Source: Olavius algarvensis Delta 4 endosymbiont (GTDB lineage Bacteria > Desulfobacterota > Desulfobacteria > Desulfobacterales > CAJINA01). From it: a stretch of DNA of 64,000 nucleotides. The translations under genes were made by a program, and so were the position numbers. The notes beneath the pieces are model-generated. The model searched no databases and was not told the DNA's origin. It worked only from the letters and a program-made list of their open reading frames with translations. Shown one piece after another: positions 36,821-46,154 of this stretch; position 1 is the stretch's first letter; each line of letters begins with the position of its first letter. The stretch is from positions 276 through 64,275 of the forward strand of contig CAJINA010000008.1 of NCBI GenBank assembly GCA_905176665.1, read 5' to 3'.

Positions 36821-38297
36821 AGCTGATTACCTGATAGGTTTGGACATCCAGGGTTTCGGCCTGCCAGGTACGGGCCGGCAGGCCGGCTTTCAGGCAGAGG
36901 CGACTGAGAAAATCGTCCGGCCGGGGCAGTTGTTTCCATACCTGCGGCAAAAAAGTCGCCCGTTTGAGCCCCTTGCTGATGATGACGCCGTCCACGTTGG
37001 GCCGCAATTTCTAGACGAGGTCGTCCCCACCGTTGTATTCCAGAGGGAGCGGATCGGTCAGGACACCGATCTCGATATGTACCTGGTCCAGTTCCGTTTC
37101 CGTGAGAGGGCTGAAACGCGGGTCGTGAAAAGCAGCGCTGATGGCGTTCTGCCGCACGCCGTCGCGTAAATTAACCGTGGAACTCATGTTGCCGATGCAG
37201 CCCCGCAGCTGACCGTTGAGGGTGAGGGTCACGAACGTACCGCTTTTTGTATCGAAGCAGCTGTCCCCCAGTTTTTCCTCCAGGGCCGCAGAAGCTTCCG
37301 GATCAATCTCCCGGCCAAGTTTTTCGGTAATTGTTCGGCGCGCGTGATCCAGAAGAAGGCCTCTTTGTTCCGGGCGGTAACAATTTTCCATCGGGATTTC
37401 CCCCCTGATGTGACTGGTTTCATAAAAAGCCACGGCCGCGTAGCCCACCACCCGGGCCCTGTCGCCGGCCGTATCGCCGCTGTTGGTATAATTGAGCAGG
37501 CTCGGCTGCCATGCCTTCATCCGGGCCAAGTGCAGGATAACCGCTATGGGCGCCTTACCGCAGGCACTGTTCTGCCGCCGCATCAGTTTCTCAGGTTCCA
37601 GGTTTTTTATCAACTCCAGGGTAGCGTTATCCCAGGTCACCGCCTGCTGGTACGGCAGGTAATGGGAAAGATCGGAGCTGGCCACAAGCAGCGCTTTCTT
37701 GCTGATAAGCGGATCCAGGGCAGCCGCAATCCGTTCGGGTGCCGCGGCACCGATCACAATGGGAATCAAATGGAAGGCGCCCAAACTATATTGCAGGAAA
37801 GGGAGTACAACCTCCACACTGTGTTCGCTGCGATCACTAAACGGACTGTATTCAAAAAGTTGCGAGGCTTGCCTGAGGCGAGCAGCGTCCGGGTGCAGCG
37901 GCAGACGTCCCAGGGGCGTATCGTAGGCCTTTACGGCACTGATGGCGGCAGCTGGCAGCCCGACCCGATGGTCCGGCCCCATGACAATCACCTTCGAAAA
38001 CTCCCGACCGGTCAGGTGCCGGATGGCATGGGCGGCGGTATATCCGGAGTAGATATATCCGGCATGCGGTATGATCAGCGCCCGCAGCCGTCCCTCGACG
38101 TTCCCGTGTGAATTGGTTTTTGCGGCCGCCACGGCCAGTTCGGCGATGCTTTTATTCAGGCCGGAGCGCTGGGCCGGATAAAACAGGCCGGCGTATACCG
38201 GATCGCGGACCTGCGATGCCGCAAGGGGGGCCGCCCCGACGGTTCCCAGGATCAACAGCGTCAGAATCCCGAATTTCTTGAAGCCTTTAGCTATCAT
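36804..38297 (-). pseudogene. amrB: AmrB (MEMO1)-AmrA (AMMECR1) fusion interrupted by an in-frame TAG at 37011-37013
   Basis: PHAGYIYSG, GPDH, EHSVEV, SSDLSHY, ACG, VVGY, then GTFVTL..LRGCIG..DPRF..DDLV*KLRPNVDG..ATFLPQVW..LCLKAG in the same frame. Could be a nonsense allele, a sequencing error or readthrough. Confidence 0.75.
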
Positions 38298-38306
38298 ATT
38301 AGGTCT

Positions 38307-38335
38307 AATATACGGTAATAACAGGTAGTTGTCAA
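38307..38335 (-). promoter_or_regulatory. sigma70-like promoter of the amr operon
   Basis: TTGACA-17 bp-TATATT; the -10 element ends 9 nt before the ATG. Confidence 0.55.
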
Positions 38336-38432
38336 AGATGAAAAAGGATTGGTCTAATATGGATAGTGTGCTATCAATATAAATTCATGTTCCCAAGCAC
38401 TTTACACCCTGAAGAATGAAAATGAGGCGGCC

Positions 38433-39464
38433 ATGCTGATTTCGTTGAGAACCGGTTTCTGTGTTTCCAGAGCATTCGTTATTCTTTTCCTGGCGGCAAG
38501 CCTGCTCGTCTTGCCCGCCCCTGTAAACAGCGATGAAGAGAGCGCTTTCACCGCTTTTATCCAGAAATTCGCAACCGGGCGGATCGATTGGGACCGGGGG
38601 ATCATTTACGGCACCGGCCGGGCTTATCTGGACCAGAACGCCCACTCCATCCCCATGGCCATGCGGGCTGCCCAGCTTATCGCCGCCAGCAATATTCTAA
38701 AACTGGCCGCTGGCGTCAACCTCGATGATCGGCGCAAACTGGGCCAACTCGGAAGCGGCAACTTCGTGATTCGCTTGAAAGCGTATCTAAGGTTCGTTGA
38801 GCATGATACGCGGCTCATTGAGGATGCGCCCCGCCCCTATTATGAGGTTACCCGTAAAACTCATCTGACCGGAATCTCCGGCCTCAATCTGCAGATATTG
38901 AAACAGATACGATCCGACCCCAGCGGTTTTACATTTCCACACCAACCGGGGGAACCGATCATTGAAGAGGAGGATGCGCCCTGGCTGGTCATAGATGCCC
39001 GGAGTTTACCCGGACAGGTTAAAGTCCAGCCGGCGCTCTTTCCAAAAATCACCGCCAGCACCGGTGAGCGCGTGTATGAACTCGGCACGATCAACCCGAC
39101 GGCCCTGGAAGAGAGACCAATGGTCAGTTATGTTGAATCAGTGGCTGACATCCAGCACCTGCAGTCCCTTGGTCTCCCGGCTGCCAGCTTGACGCATCTG
39201 GCTGAACTGCTGCTGGGAGCTGCTCCGGCAGTGGCCGAAGATGGTAAACCCCGGAAAAAAAGACGCCGTTTCATAGTGAAGAAAGCCGCCGGCCTGGAAG
39301 GTCTTTCAAAAACCAACCTGGTAATTTCTCAAAATGACGCCTTGGCCCTGCAGGCCGAAGATTCGGCCAGCCGGATTCTGAAAAACTGCCGGGTCATCGT
39401 CATTGTGTCCAGCCCGGTGGGGGGCGTCGAGGGCCGGGCGCCCTTTTACCTGTCAGCTCGCTAA
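38433..39464 (+). CDS. Exported hypothetical protein (LPP20-like N-terminal domain)
   Basis: Signal peptide, GRIDWDRGIIYGTG..AMRAAQ, LVIDAR..PALFPKI. Confidence 0.7.
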   Translation: MLISLRTGFCVSRAFVILFLAASLLVLPAPVNSDEESAFTAFIQKFATGRIDWDRGIIYGTGRAYLDQNAHSIPMAMRAAQLIAASNILKLAAGVNLDDRRKLGQLGSGNFVIRLKAYLRFVEHDTRLIEDAPRPYYEVTRKTHLTGISGLNLQILKQIRSDPSGFTFPHQPGEPIIEEEDAPWLVIDARSLPGQVKVQPALFPKITASTGERVYELGTINPTALEERPMVSYVESVADIQHLQSLGLPAASLTHLAELLLGAAPAVAEDGKPRKKRRRFIVKKAAGLEGLSKTNLVISQNDALALQAEDSASRILKNCRVIVIVSSPVGGVEGRAPFYLSAR

Positions 39465-39527
39465 AACCACTTTGGAACAGGGAGCCCCTGGCCGACGATC
39501 AGCCTCCAACGCCAGGCCCTATTTTAA

Positions 39528-41627
39528 ATGAAACGTCTTTTTCTCCTGCAGCTGCTATTGACGATCTGTTGCGTGTGCCTGGTGACGGCCGCTATCGGGG
39601 CCGCGTACCATCAGGGATTTCTGCAACGGGCCGACAATTTTCTGTATGACCTGCATTTTAAATGGCGGGGTGCCCAGTCTCCGTCCGGTCAAATCACCCT
39701 GGTGTTAATGGACCAGCAAAGCGCCGTCGCGCTCAAACGTCGGCAGGGCAGCTGGTCCCGCCGGCACCTGGCACAGGCCATTGATAACTTGCGCCGGGCC
39801 GGGGCCGCGGTCATCGGTATCGACCTGATTTTCTCATCCCCCTCCCCGGATCCGCAGGATGACATCATGCTGGCCAAGGCCATTGAATCCAGTGGTAACG
39901 TTGTCCTGGCACGGATATCGTCCTCCCACGGTAAAGAGATCACCGCCTTGAATCGCTTTCAAGACGCCATGGTCGGCGATGGTTTCATCGATGTGCCCCT
40001 GGATGTGGATAACATCCTCAGGAAAGTGCGCTTTTTCAACGCCCGACGCCTGCCAGACGGTGGCCTGGAGTTGATTCCCTCTTTTTCACTGGAGCTGGCC
40101 CGCGTTTTCTATGATATTGAATTCTTACCGGATTTTTCCGGCAAGGAGTTCTTCAAGCTAGGGTCCGTCCGCGACAGAACCCTGACCCTGCCCTACCCGG
40201 AACTGTTGATCAATTTTGGCGGTAACTATACTGCCTTTCCCGCGGTTTCTTTTGCGGATGCCGTCCACAATCGCTTCGACCCCGCGACCGTCAAGGAGAA
40301 AATGGTCCTGATCGGCAGCAGCCTGGTTTTCGAAAAGGACTTCTTCAGTACCCCCTACTCGCGGTTCACCCGGCCGCCGGAAAGCCTCCAGGCCAAATTC
40401 GGTCAGGTGGAAACAGGTATTCTTGGTGACAAGGATCTGGGAATATCCTGTCACGCCTGGGCAGCTGAAACTATTTTGAGCCGGGCGTTCATCAACAAGC
40501 GCCCGCGCCGGGAAGTGCTGGCCTGGACCATGATGGCCGGCTTGGCCGGAGCGGTGTTCTATCTTCCGGTGACCGGCATTATCGGCTCCACCCTGATCCT
40601 GCTGGCCGGCCTGTCGGCGACAGTCGGTATCAACTACCATCTTTTTCTGAACAGCCTTACCTGGATGGATATCGCCCCCTTGCTGGTGGTCTGGAGCCTC
40701 CAGTTCGTGATGGGGGCAACCCTTCAAAAGAGTGTCCAGAGGAAAAAATCCTTAATGATAACCGATTTGTTTGGCAAGTACCTGGCCCCCGATGTGGTCA
40801 AGGAACTGCTCAATAGCGAACAGTCCGATCGATTGGAAGGTCGCCATTGTGATATAACCGTCCTCTTTTCGGATCTACGCGGCTTCACTTCCCTATCCGA
40901 AAAATTGGGACCCACCCGGACCGGGTCCCTGCTAAACGCCTATTTCGATGTCATGATCCCCCTGGTATTCAAACGGCAGGGGACCCTGGACAAGCTCATC
41001 GGTGATGCTATCATGGCTTTTTTCGGGGCGCCTTTGGATATCGAAGACCATCCCAATGCCGCGGCGCACTGTGCCCTGGCCATGCTGGCTGCCATCGAGG
41101 CTCTGCGGCAACAGGACATACCGGGCGCCTCCGAGCTGGACCTCGGTATCGGCTTGAACACGGGGCGGGCCATTGTGGGGAATCTCGGGTCCCAGCAATT
41201 CCGGGACTATACCGTTATCGGGGATACTGTCAATCTGTCTTCGCGACTGGAATCATTGAATAAAGTTTATGGTACCCACATCATCGTAAGCGAGCACACG
41301 GCCGACAGGATCCGCGCAGCGTTTCAACTGCGCAAGCTGGATACTGTCCAGGTAATCGGGAAAGATACACCCGTGGCAATATATGAATTGATGACCCCCC
41401 TGGAAGAGGCCGACAACACCTTGATAGACCTGACCGCCCTTTACGAGTCCGGCCTGCGGCACTATGCCCGCCGAAACTGGTCACGCGCCTTAACGGATCT
41501 CCGCGATGCCCTGGTCCTCTGCCCCGACGATCACCCCAGCCAATTATTGGTTCGCAGAATAGAAACATTTATGAAATCCCCTCCTCCGGAAGGCTGGCAG
41601 GCTGTGACCGTGTACGATTACAAATGA
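39528..41627 (+). CDS. CHASE2-domain class III adenylate cyclase
   Basis: GAAVIGIDLIF, DVDNILR, 3 TMs, FSDLRGFT, DKLIGDA, DYTVIGDTVNLSSRLE (Lys/Asp pair typical of ATP specificity), C-terminal TPR. Confidence 0.93.
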   Translation: MKRLFLLQLLLTICCVCLVTAAIGAAYHQGFLQRADNFLYDLHFKWRGAQSPSGQITLVLMDQQSAVALKRRQGSWSRRHLAQAIDNLRRAGAAVIGIDLIFSSPSPDPQDDIMLAKAIESSGNVVLARISSSHGKEITALNRFQDAMVGDGFIDVPLDVDNILRKVRFFNARRLPDGGLELIPSFSLELARVFYDIEFLPDFSGKEFFKLGSVRDRTLTLPYPELLINFGGNYTAFPAVSFADAVHNRFDPATVKEKMVLIGSSLVFEKDFFSTPYSRFTRPPESLQAKFGQVETGILGDKDLGISCHAWAAETILSRAFINKRPRREVLAWTMMAGLAGAVFYLPVTGIIGSTLILLAGLSATVGINYHLFLNSLTWMDIAPLLVVWSLQFVMGATLQKSVQRKKSLMITDLFGKYLAPDVVKELLNSEQSDRLEGRHCDITVLFSDLRGFTSLSEKLGPTRTGSLLNAYFDVMIPLVFKRQGTLDKLIGDAIMAFFGAPLDIEDHPNAAAHCALAMLAAIEALRQQDIPGASELDLGIGLNTGRAIVGNLGSQQFRDYTVIGDTVNLSSRLESLNKVYGTHIIVSEHTADRIRAAFQLRKLDTVQVIGKDTPVAIYELMTPLEEADNTLIDLTALYESGLRHYARRNWSRALTDLRDALVLCPDDHPSQLLVRRIETFMKSPPPEGWQAVTVYDYK

Positions 41628-41690
41628 ACAGTTGAACTCCGACGCATGTTTTTCTATATAGAACCTCTAAGGTAACGGAGGGAGGCGAAG

Positions 41691-42014
41691 ATGAAATCCA
41701 ATCAACTCAGACTCGGTGTGTTACTGCTTCTCCTGGCAGGAGCAACCCTGCTGGCCGGCTGTGCACCGCAGCCGGGAACAGTCACTCTGGAAAATTATGA
41801 AAAATTAAAATTCGGAATGTCATTTGAGGCTGTCGTCGAAATCCTCGGCCAGCCCCAACAGGTAAAGCCCTTTATGGGCGTCCAGCAGTGCACCTGGATC
41901 AGCGGCGAGCGCCACATTCACGCCAAATTCATGTTCAATCGGGCCGTGTATTATTCCAGTAAGGGCCTGCCGCAGAAGCCGCCACACCCAACCCGTAAAT
42001 CCGCCAGCGGCTGA
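41691..42014 (+). CDS. Small lipoprotein (SmpA/DUF3862-like)
   Basis: GGAGG RBS, lipobox LAGC, VTLENYEKLKFGMSFEAVVEILG. Confidence 0.78.
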   Translation: MKSNQLRLGVLLLLLAGATLLAGCAPQPGTVTLENYEKLKFGMSFEAVVEILGQPQQVKPFMGVQQCTWISGERHIHAKFMFNRAVYYSSKGLPQKPPHPTRKSASG

Positions 42015-42190
42015 AGGACCGGTGCATGGACAACCCGCCCGAGAAACAGGACACGAACGCCAGCACACCGAAGAGGTTTTCAAAGCCCTCTTTTCGATCT
42101 CAAATGCGGTCAATACTACTGTTGAACTGAAGAAAGTGTAGGCGAAGGTCCTGGGCGCTGCAACTTAGAACAAGGATGGCGTAAAACTGA

Positions 42191-42229
42191 AAAAGGGCCT
42201 GCAGAAATGATGTTTCTGCAGGCCCTTTC
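42191..42229 (-). terminator. Intrinsic terminator downstream of the tRNA pair
   Basis: aaagggcctgcagaaa-tgatg-tttctgcaggcccttt hairpin; U-run on the minus strand. Confidence 0.75.
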
Positions 42230-42237
42230 TTGTTGTT

Positions 42238-42312
42238 TGGAGGCGGCAACCAGATTCGAACTGGTGAATAACGGCTTTGCAGGCCGCTGCCTTACCACTT
42301 GGCTATGCCGCC
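42238..42312 (-). tRNA. tRNA-Cys(GCA)
   Basis: GGCGGCATAGCCAAGTGGTAAGGC..CTGCAAA..GTTCGAATC..GCCGCCTCCA. Confidence 0.97.
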
Positions 42313-42364
42313 GGTGGATCTCCGCGAAAGGGGTGCTGGCTAATTTCCGCGGCCCCAAAAAAAA

Positions 42365-42439
42365 TGGAGCGGGAAACGGGATTTGAACCCGCGACTTCGA
42401 CCTTGGCAAGGTCGCACTCTACCACTGAGTTATTCCCGC
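42365..42439 (-). tRNA. tRNA-Gly(GCC)
   Basis: GCGGGAATAACTCAGTGGTAGAG..TTGCCAA..GTTCAAATC..TCCCGCTCCA; same pgsA-Gly-Cys order as in E. coli. Confidence 0.97.
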
Positions 42440-42452
42440 TCAGAAGTTGTTG

Positions 42453-42481
42453 TGTATAGAGTCTTATCCTAATAATGTCAA
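42453..42481 (-). promoter_or_regulatory. sigma70 promoter of the tRNA pair
   Basis: TTGACA-17 bp-TATACA just upstream of tRNA-Gly. Confidence 0.7.
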
Positions 42482-42490
42482 TAGAAAAAA

Positions 42491-43057
42491 CTATGAGACA
42501 AACAGTTTTCGAAACCGGATAAAGTAATCCGCTCCGGACCATACCGTCATGATCAGCGCCACCCAGATATACACGCTGCCGATGGCGTGCAGGTCGACGC
42601 CGAACCAGGTGTAATGCCCCAGCAACGGGATGATTGCGGCAATCTGGAATCCGGTCTTGTATTTACCCAGGCTCGAAGCGCCGACGTCAATTTTGTTTTC
42701 GATCATGAAGTTGCGCAATCCGGTAACGGCCAACTCCCGTCCGATGATGATGCACACTACCCAGGCCGGAGCCCAGCCGTAAGAGGCGAGCATAATCAGG
42801 GCTGAGGAAACCAGAACCTTGTCGGCCAGCGGGTCCATGATCTTGCCGAAACTCGATTCCAAACCGCGCTGGCGGGCCAGAAAGCCATCAAAGAAATCCG
42901 TAATAGCCGCCGCCGCAAACAATATGGCGGCTATCAGGGTAAAGAGCCGATTGGGGAACAGCATGAGAATCACGATGACCGGCACGGCAGCTACCCGGTA
43001 CATGGTCAGGGCGTTGGGGTGGGCCGCAATTTCTTTGAGTTTTTTGCCTTTAAACAT
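42491..43057 (-). CDS. pgsA: CDP-diacylglycerol--glycerol-3-phosphate 3-phosphatidyltransferase
   Basis: PNALTMYR, TDFFDGFLAR..FGKIMDPLADK, GKYKT. Confidence 0.96.
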   Translation of the reverse strand: MFKGKKLKEIAAHPNALTMYRVAAVPVIVILMLFPNRLFTLIAAILFAAAAITDFFDGFLARQRGLESSFGKIMDPLADKVLVSSALIMLASYGWAPAWVVCIIIGRELAVTGLRNFMIENKIDVGASSLGKYKTGFQIAAIIPLLGHYTWFGVDLHAIGSVYIWVALIMTVWSGADYFIRFRKLFVS

Positions 43058-43089
43058 TCAGCACCTGCTGTTTCAGGTGTGTTGACAGA

Positions 43090-43734
43090 TTATGCCTGCG
43101 CTTTATTCCAGTCATCCAGGAACGCCTTGAGTCCTTTGTCGGTCAGCGGATGGGACGCAAATTTAGCCAGCACGCTGTACGGTATGGTGGCGATGTCGGC
43201 ACCCATCATCGCGGATTCGAGAACATGCAGCGGATTGCGGACGCTGGCCACGATGATTTCGGTCTCGTAGGCATAGTTGGCATACATATCGACAATCTGT
43301 TCGATGAGCTGCAGACCATCCTGGGAGAGATCATCCAGCCGACCCAGAAAGGGGCTGACGTATGTGGCCCCGGCTTTGGCGGCCATCAGGGCCTGCAGCG
43401 GAGAGAATACCAGGGTCACATTGGTTTTTATTCCCTCTTTGGTCAGCTGGCAAGTGGCCTTGATGCCGTCGACCGTCATGGGGATTTTAACCACGATGTT
43501 TTTATGCAGGGCGGCCAGGTGGCGGGCCTCCTTCAGCATGCCTTCAGTATCGGTGCTGATCACCTCGGCACTGATGGGACCATCCACGATCGCGCAGATT
43601 TCCTTGATGACTTCTTCAAATTCACGGCCTTCCCTGGCAATCAGGGATGGATTGGTGGTCACACCGTCGACCATACCCATGCTGTGCGCGTCCTTGATTT
43701 CATCTATGTTGGCGGTATCCAGAAAAAATTTCAT
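43090..43734 (-). CDS. fsa: Transaldolase / fructose-6-phosphate aldolase family
   Basis: [46 protein letters not shown]. Confidence 0.95.
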   Translation of the reverse strand: MKFFLDTANIDEIKDAHSMGMVDGVTTNPSLIAREGREFEEVIKEICAIVDGPISAEVISTDTEGMLKEARHLAALHKNIVVKIPMTVDGIKATCQLTKEGIKTNVTLVFSPLQALMAAKAGATYVSPFLGRLDDLSQDGLQLIEQIVDMYANYAYETEIIVASVRNPLHVLESAMMGADIATIPYSVLAKFASHPLTDKGLKAFLDDWNKAQA

Positions 43735-43791
43735 CGCGTCGCTCTCCTTAAAAGTTGTGGGGCTGATATGATAAAGTGGTTACACGGTTTT

Positions 43792-44046
43792 TTAAACGTC
43801 CGCCAGGTAAGCATCCCGGCATTTCGCGGAACAAAAATAAAACGTCCGGCCATTTTGGACCGCCTGGACGGCATCCCTTTTCGAGATATAGGTCTGACAA
43901 TTGAGATCCTGGACCATGAGATCGTCGATTTGGTCCGCCTCCCCCCTGCCGCCCGGCACGCGTGTCGAGGAGCCGTTCCCCAAGATGCGTTTGATAGATT
44001 TCAAGGCAAAATAGCCGATCAGCAGGAATATGATAAGTTTTAGCAT
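43792..44046 (-). CDS. Small membrane-anchored YHS/TRASH-like protein
   Basis: N-terminal TM, MVQDLNCQTY..FYFCSAKC. Confidence 0.75.
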   Translation of the reverse strand: MLKLIIFLLIGYFALKSIKRILGNGSSTRVPGGRGEADQIDDLMVQDLNCQTYISKRDAVQAVQNGRTFYFCSAKCRDAYLADV

Positions 44047-44549
44047 GGCAGCGGTTCGATATCCTGATCGGGGTCGTCGATAGCCTCCAGCAGGGCGTTT
44101 ACCGGCATCTTCAGCGTTGGATGTACGGCAGTGGGATCTATATCACAGATCGGACCTAGCACAAAGCGCCTTTTATGCATGCGCGGATGCGGAATCTCCA
44201 GGGTTGCGGTCCGCAACACGAGGTCGCCGAAAAATATGATATCGAGATCCAGAATCCGGGGCCCGAACCGAACGGTCTTCCGGTCGCGCCCACTGTCCCG
44301 CTCGATTTGCTTTAACCGCTGCAGCAGATCGTCCGGGGCCAGATCTGTGGCAATGCGAATCGCCGTGTTTACGAACCAGTCCTGATCGGTATAGTCCACC
44401 GGCGCAGTCTTGTAAAAGCGGGCCCGACCGGTCACTTCGATATCCGGCATGCGGTCCAGGTCGGCGATCCCTCGCAGGCAGTTTTGCCGTTTGTCACCCA
44501 GATTCGATCCGACGGCGATGATGACGCTGTTCAAAGTGCTCTGCCCCAT
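44040..44549 (-). CDS. folK: 2-amino-4-hydroxy-6-hydroxymethyldihydropteridine diphosphokinase
   Basis: AVGSNLG, QDWFVN, GPRILDLDI, PHPRMHKRRFVL. Confidence 0.96.
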   Translation of the reverse strand: MGQSTLNSVIIAVGSNLGDKRQNCLRGIADLDRMPDIEVTGRARFYKTAPVDYTDQDWFVNTAIRIATDLAPDDLLQRLKQIERDSGRDRKTVRFGPRILDLDIIFFGDLVLRTATLEIPHPRMHKRRFVLGPICDIDPTAVHPTLKMPVNALLEAIDDPDQDIEPLPC

Positions 44550-44618
44550 TTATCCAACTCTATAATACCTGGTCCTCTGGGCCAAGCCTGTCCCGTTCCA
44601 CGTGGGTCAGAAATAGTC

Positions 44619-44869
44619 GGCTGTGCCGTAAAGGCATTATTCTCGCGCAGAGGCGCAGAGGAAACCACGCATATTATCCCGCTACGCGGGATTGAAACCC
44701 AAAGGGCCTTGAAGTGGTTTTTCGCACGATAGTGCGACCAAATCCTGGTTTTGATTTTCTCTGCGCCTTTGCGTCTCTGCGCGATGCATGGTTTTGCTTT
44801 TGTGTTTTGATGGTAAAGCCCCTTTTAGGGGCGTCCCAAAGCCTGGCCCGCGGGGCCAGGATGCTTTAC
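44619..44869 (-). repeat. Intergenic repeat family B (full composite copy, reverse orientation)
   Basis: Reverse complement matches 63875-64000 (gtaaagcatcctggccc..ggccaggcttt..cccctaaaaggggcttta) and 8046-8241. Confidence 0.88.
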
Positions 44870-45702
44870 TAATACTGCCAGGCATCCGGTGTGAGCGCAG
44901 CCGTGTAGATTATTCGGGCATCGCCCTCCATGAAGACCTGCCGGCAGTTGTCCCCGTCAAGTTCATAGTGGATTGTCAACCGTTTGTTGCTCCGGGTCAG
45001 CATGTCGATGGGCGCCGGCGTGCCGTTTTCCAGGGCGTAGACCAGGGCGCCGGCCACGGCCCCGGTGCCGCAGGCCAGGGTTTCATCTTCAACCCCCCGT
45101 TCGTATGTCCGAATACCGAGCCGACTGCTATCCTCGACGGCAATGAAATTGACGTTCGTGCCGGCCGGTGCAAATTCAGGATGCTGCCTGATCGCACGGC
45201 CGAGATCGACGACCGGCGCAGTCGCCAGGTCGTCCGTGCGGATGACGGCATGGGGAACGCCGGTGTTGATGAAACTCACCTCTACCGCGTGACCGCCGGC
45301 ATTTAAGACAAATGGCGGGCGGTAGTCGAAAGGTGGGGTCATGCCAATTCTTACCCGGTCGCCGCTCACGCTGGCCTGGATGGGACCCGCATCGGTGCCG
45401 AACACCATCTCCGTTCCGGCGATGTCGTTCAGGTATGCATAGCGAGCGGCACAACGGGCGCCGTTGCCGCACATTTCCGCCCGGCTCCCGTCCGAGTTGT
45501 AAAACCGCCACTTAAAATCCAGATCCTCAGCTGCTTCGATCAGGATCATGCCATCAGCGCCGGCTGACATTTTACGCCGGCACACCTGCACGATGAATTG
45601 GTCCAGGCCGATGTCGCCCAGGATATTCTCGCGGTTGTCGATGAGGATAAAATCATTGCCGCTGCCGCTCATTTTGTAAAAGGGTATCGTCTGCATGTTC
45701 AA
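44869..45702 (-). CDS. dapF: Diaminopimelate epimerase
   Basis: KMSGSGNDF, NSDGSRAEMCGNGARC, GVPH, ERGVEDETLACGTG. Confidence 0.96.
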   Translation of the reverse strand: MNMQTIPFYKMSGSGNDFILIDNRENILGDIGLDQFIVQVCRRKMSAGADGMILIEAAEDLDFKWRFYNSDGSRAEMCGNGARCAARYAYLNDIAGTEMVFGTDAGPIQASVSGDRVRIGMTPPFDYRPPFVLNAGGHAVEVSFINTGVPHAVIRTDDLATAPVVDLGRAIRQHPEFAPAGTNVNFIAVEDSSRLGIRTYERGVEDETLACGTGAVAGALVYALENGTPAPIDMLTRSNKRLTIHYELDGDNCRQVFMEGDARIIYTAALTPDAWQY

Positions 45703-46139
45703 TACTCGAATATGATGGTTTGGGAATCCGGTCCGGTCAGCCCGCCGGCGGACGTGGCCATCATTTTAAACCCATAATGAAACCCCGGCTCCAGGGTGAG
45801 CGTCAGCGACCCTTTTCCCGGGTCCTCCGCTGGAAGGGACCGCAGCACTGTAAACAGTAGTGGGCATCCGTCGCAGGGTTTTTCAGCCAGGGGGGACCGG
45901 GTACGGTACAGGGTAAAACTCTCCGGCGGAGAACTGTCGGCGGCCATTGTCCATTCAAGGGTAAGCTGGCCGTTCTCAAAATGGTGATTAATACTTGCGA
46001 TGACGGGCGGCTTGGCATCCGGCGCAACCGGCGGAGCCTTGACGCCGCAAGCGGCGAAGACCAGCAGCAGTCCCAGGGCCACCACCAGCTGCATAAGGTG
46101 ATGGGCGTATGACTTTTTGGGCCGTTGAGATGGTTGCAT
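45699..46139 (-). CDS. Lipoprotein (LptM/YifL-like N-terminus with Fn3-like domain)
   Basis: Lipobox FAAC followed by GVKAPP, CxxC (CDGCP); lies directly upstream of dapF. Confidence 0.7.
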   Translation of the reverse strand: MQPSQRPKKSYAHHLMQLVVALGLLLVFAACGVKAPPVAPDAKPPVIASINHHFENGQLTLEWTMAADSSPPESFTLYRTRSPLAEKPCDGCPLLFTVLRSLPAEDPGKGSLTLTLEPGFHYGFKMMATSAGGLTGPDSQTIIFEY

Positions 46140-46154
46140 AGCGTGAACGCGCCT

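Noticed and set aside
36804-37007. 67-aa ORF as an independent gene
   Set aside because: It is the in-frame C-terminal part of the AMMECR1 domain after the TAG and has no RBS.
42100-42240. Genomic island integrated at the tRNA-Cys 3' end
   Set aside because: No integrase is adjacent and I found no duplicated tRNA 3' end elsewhere in the window.
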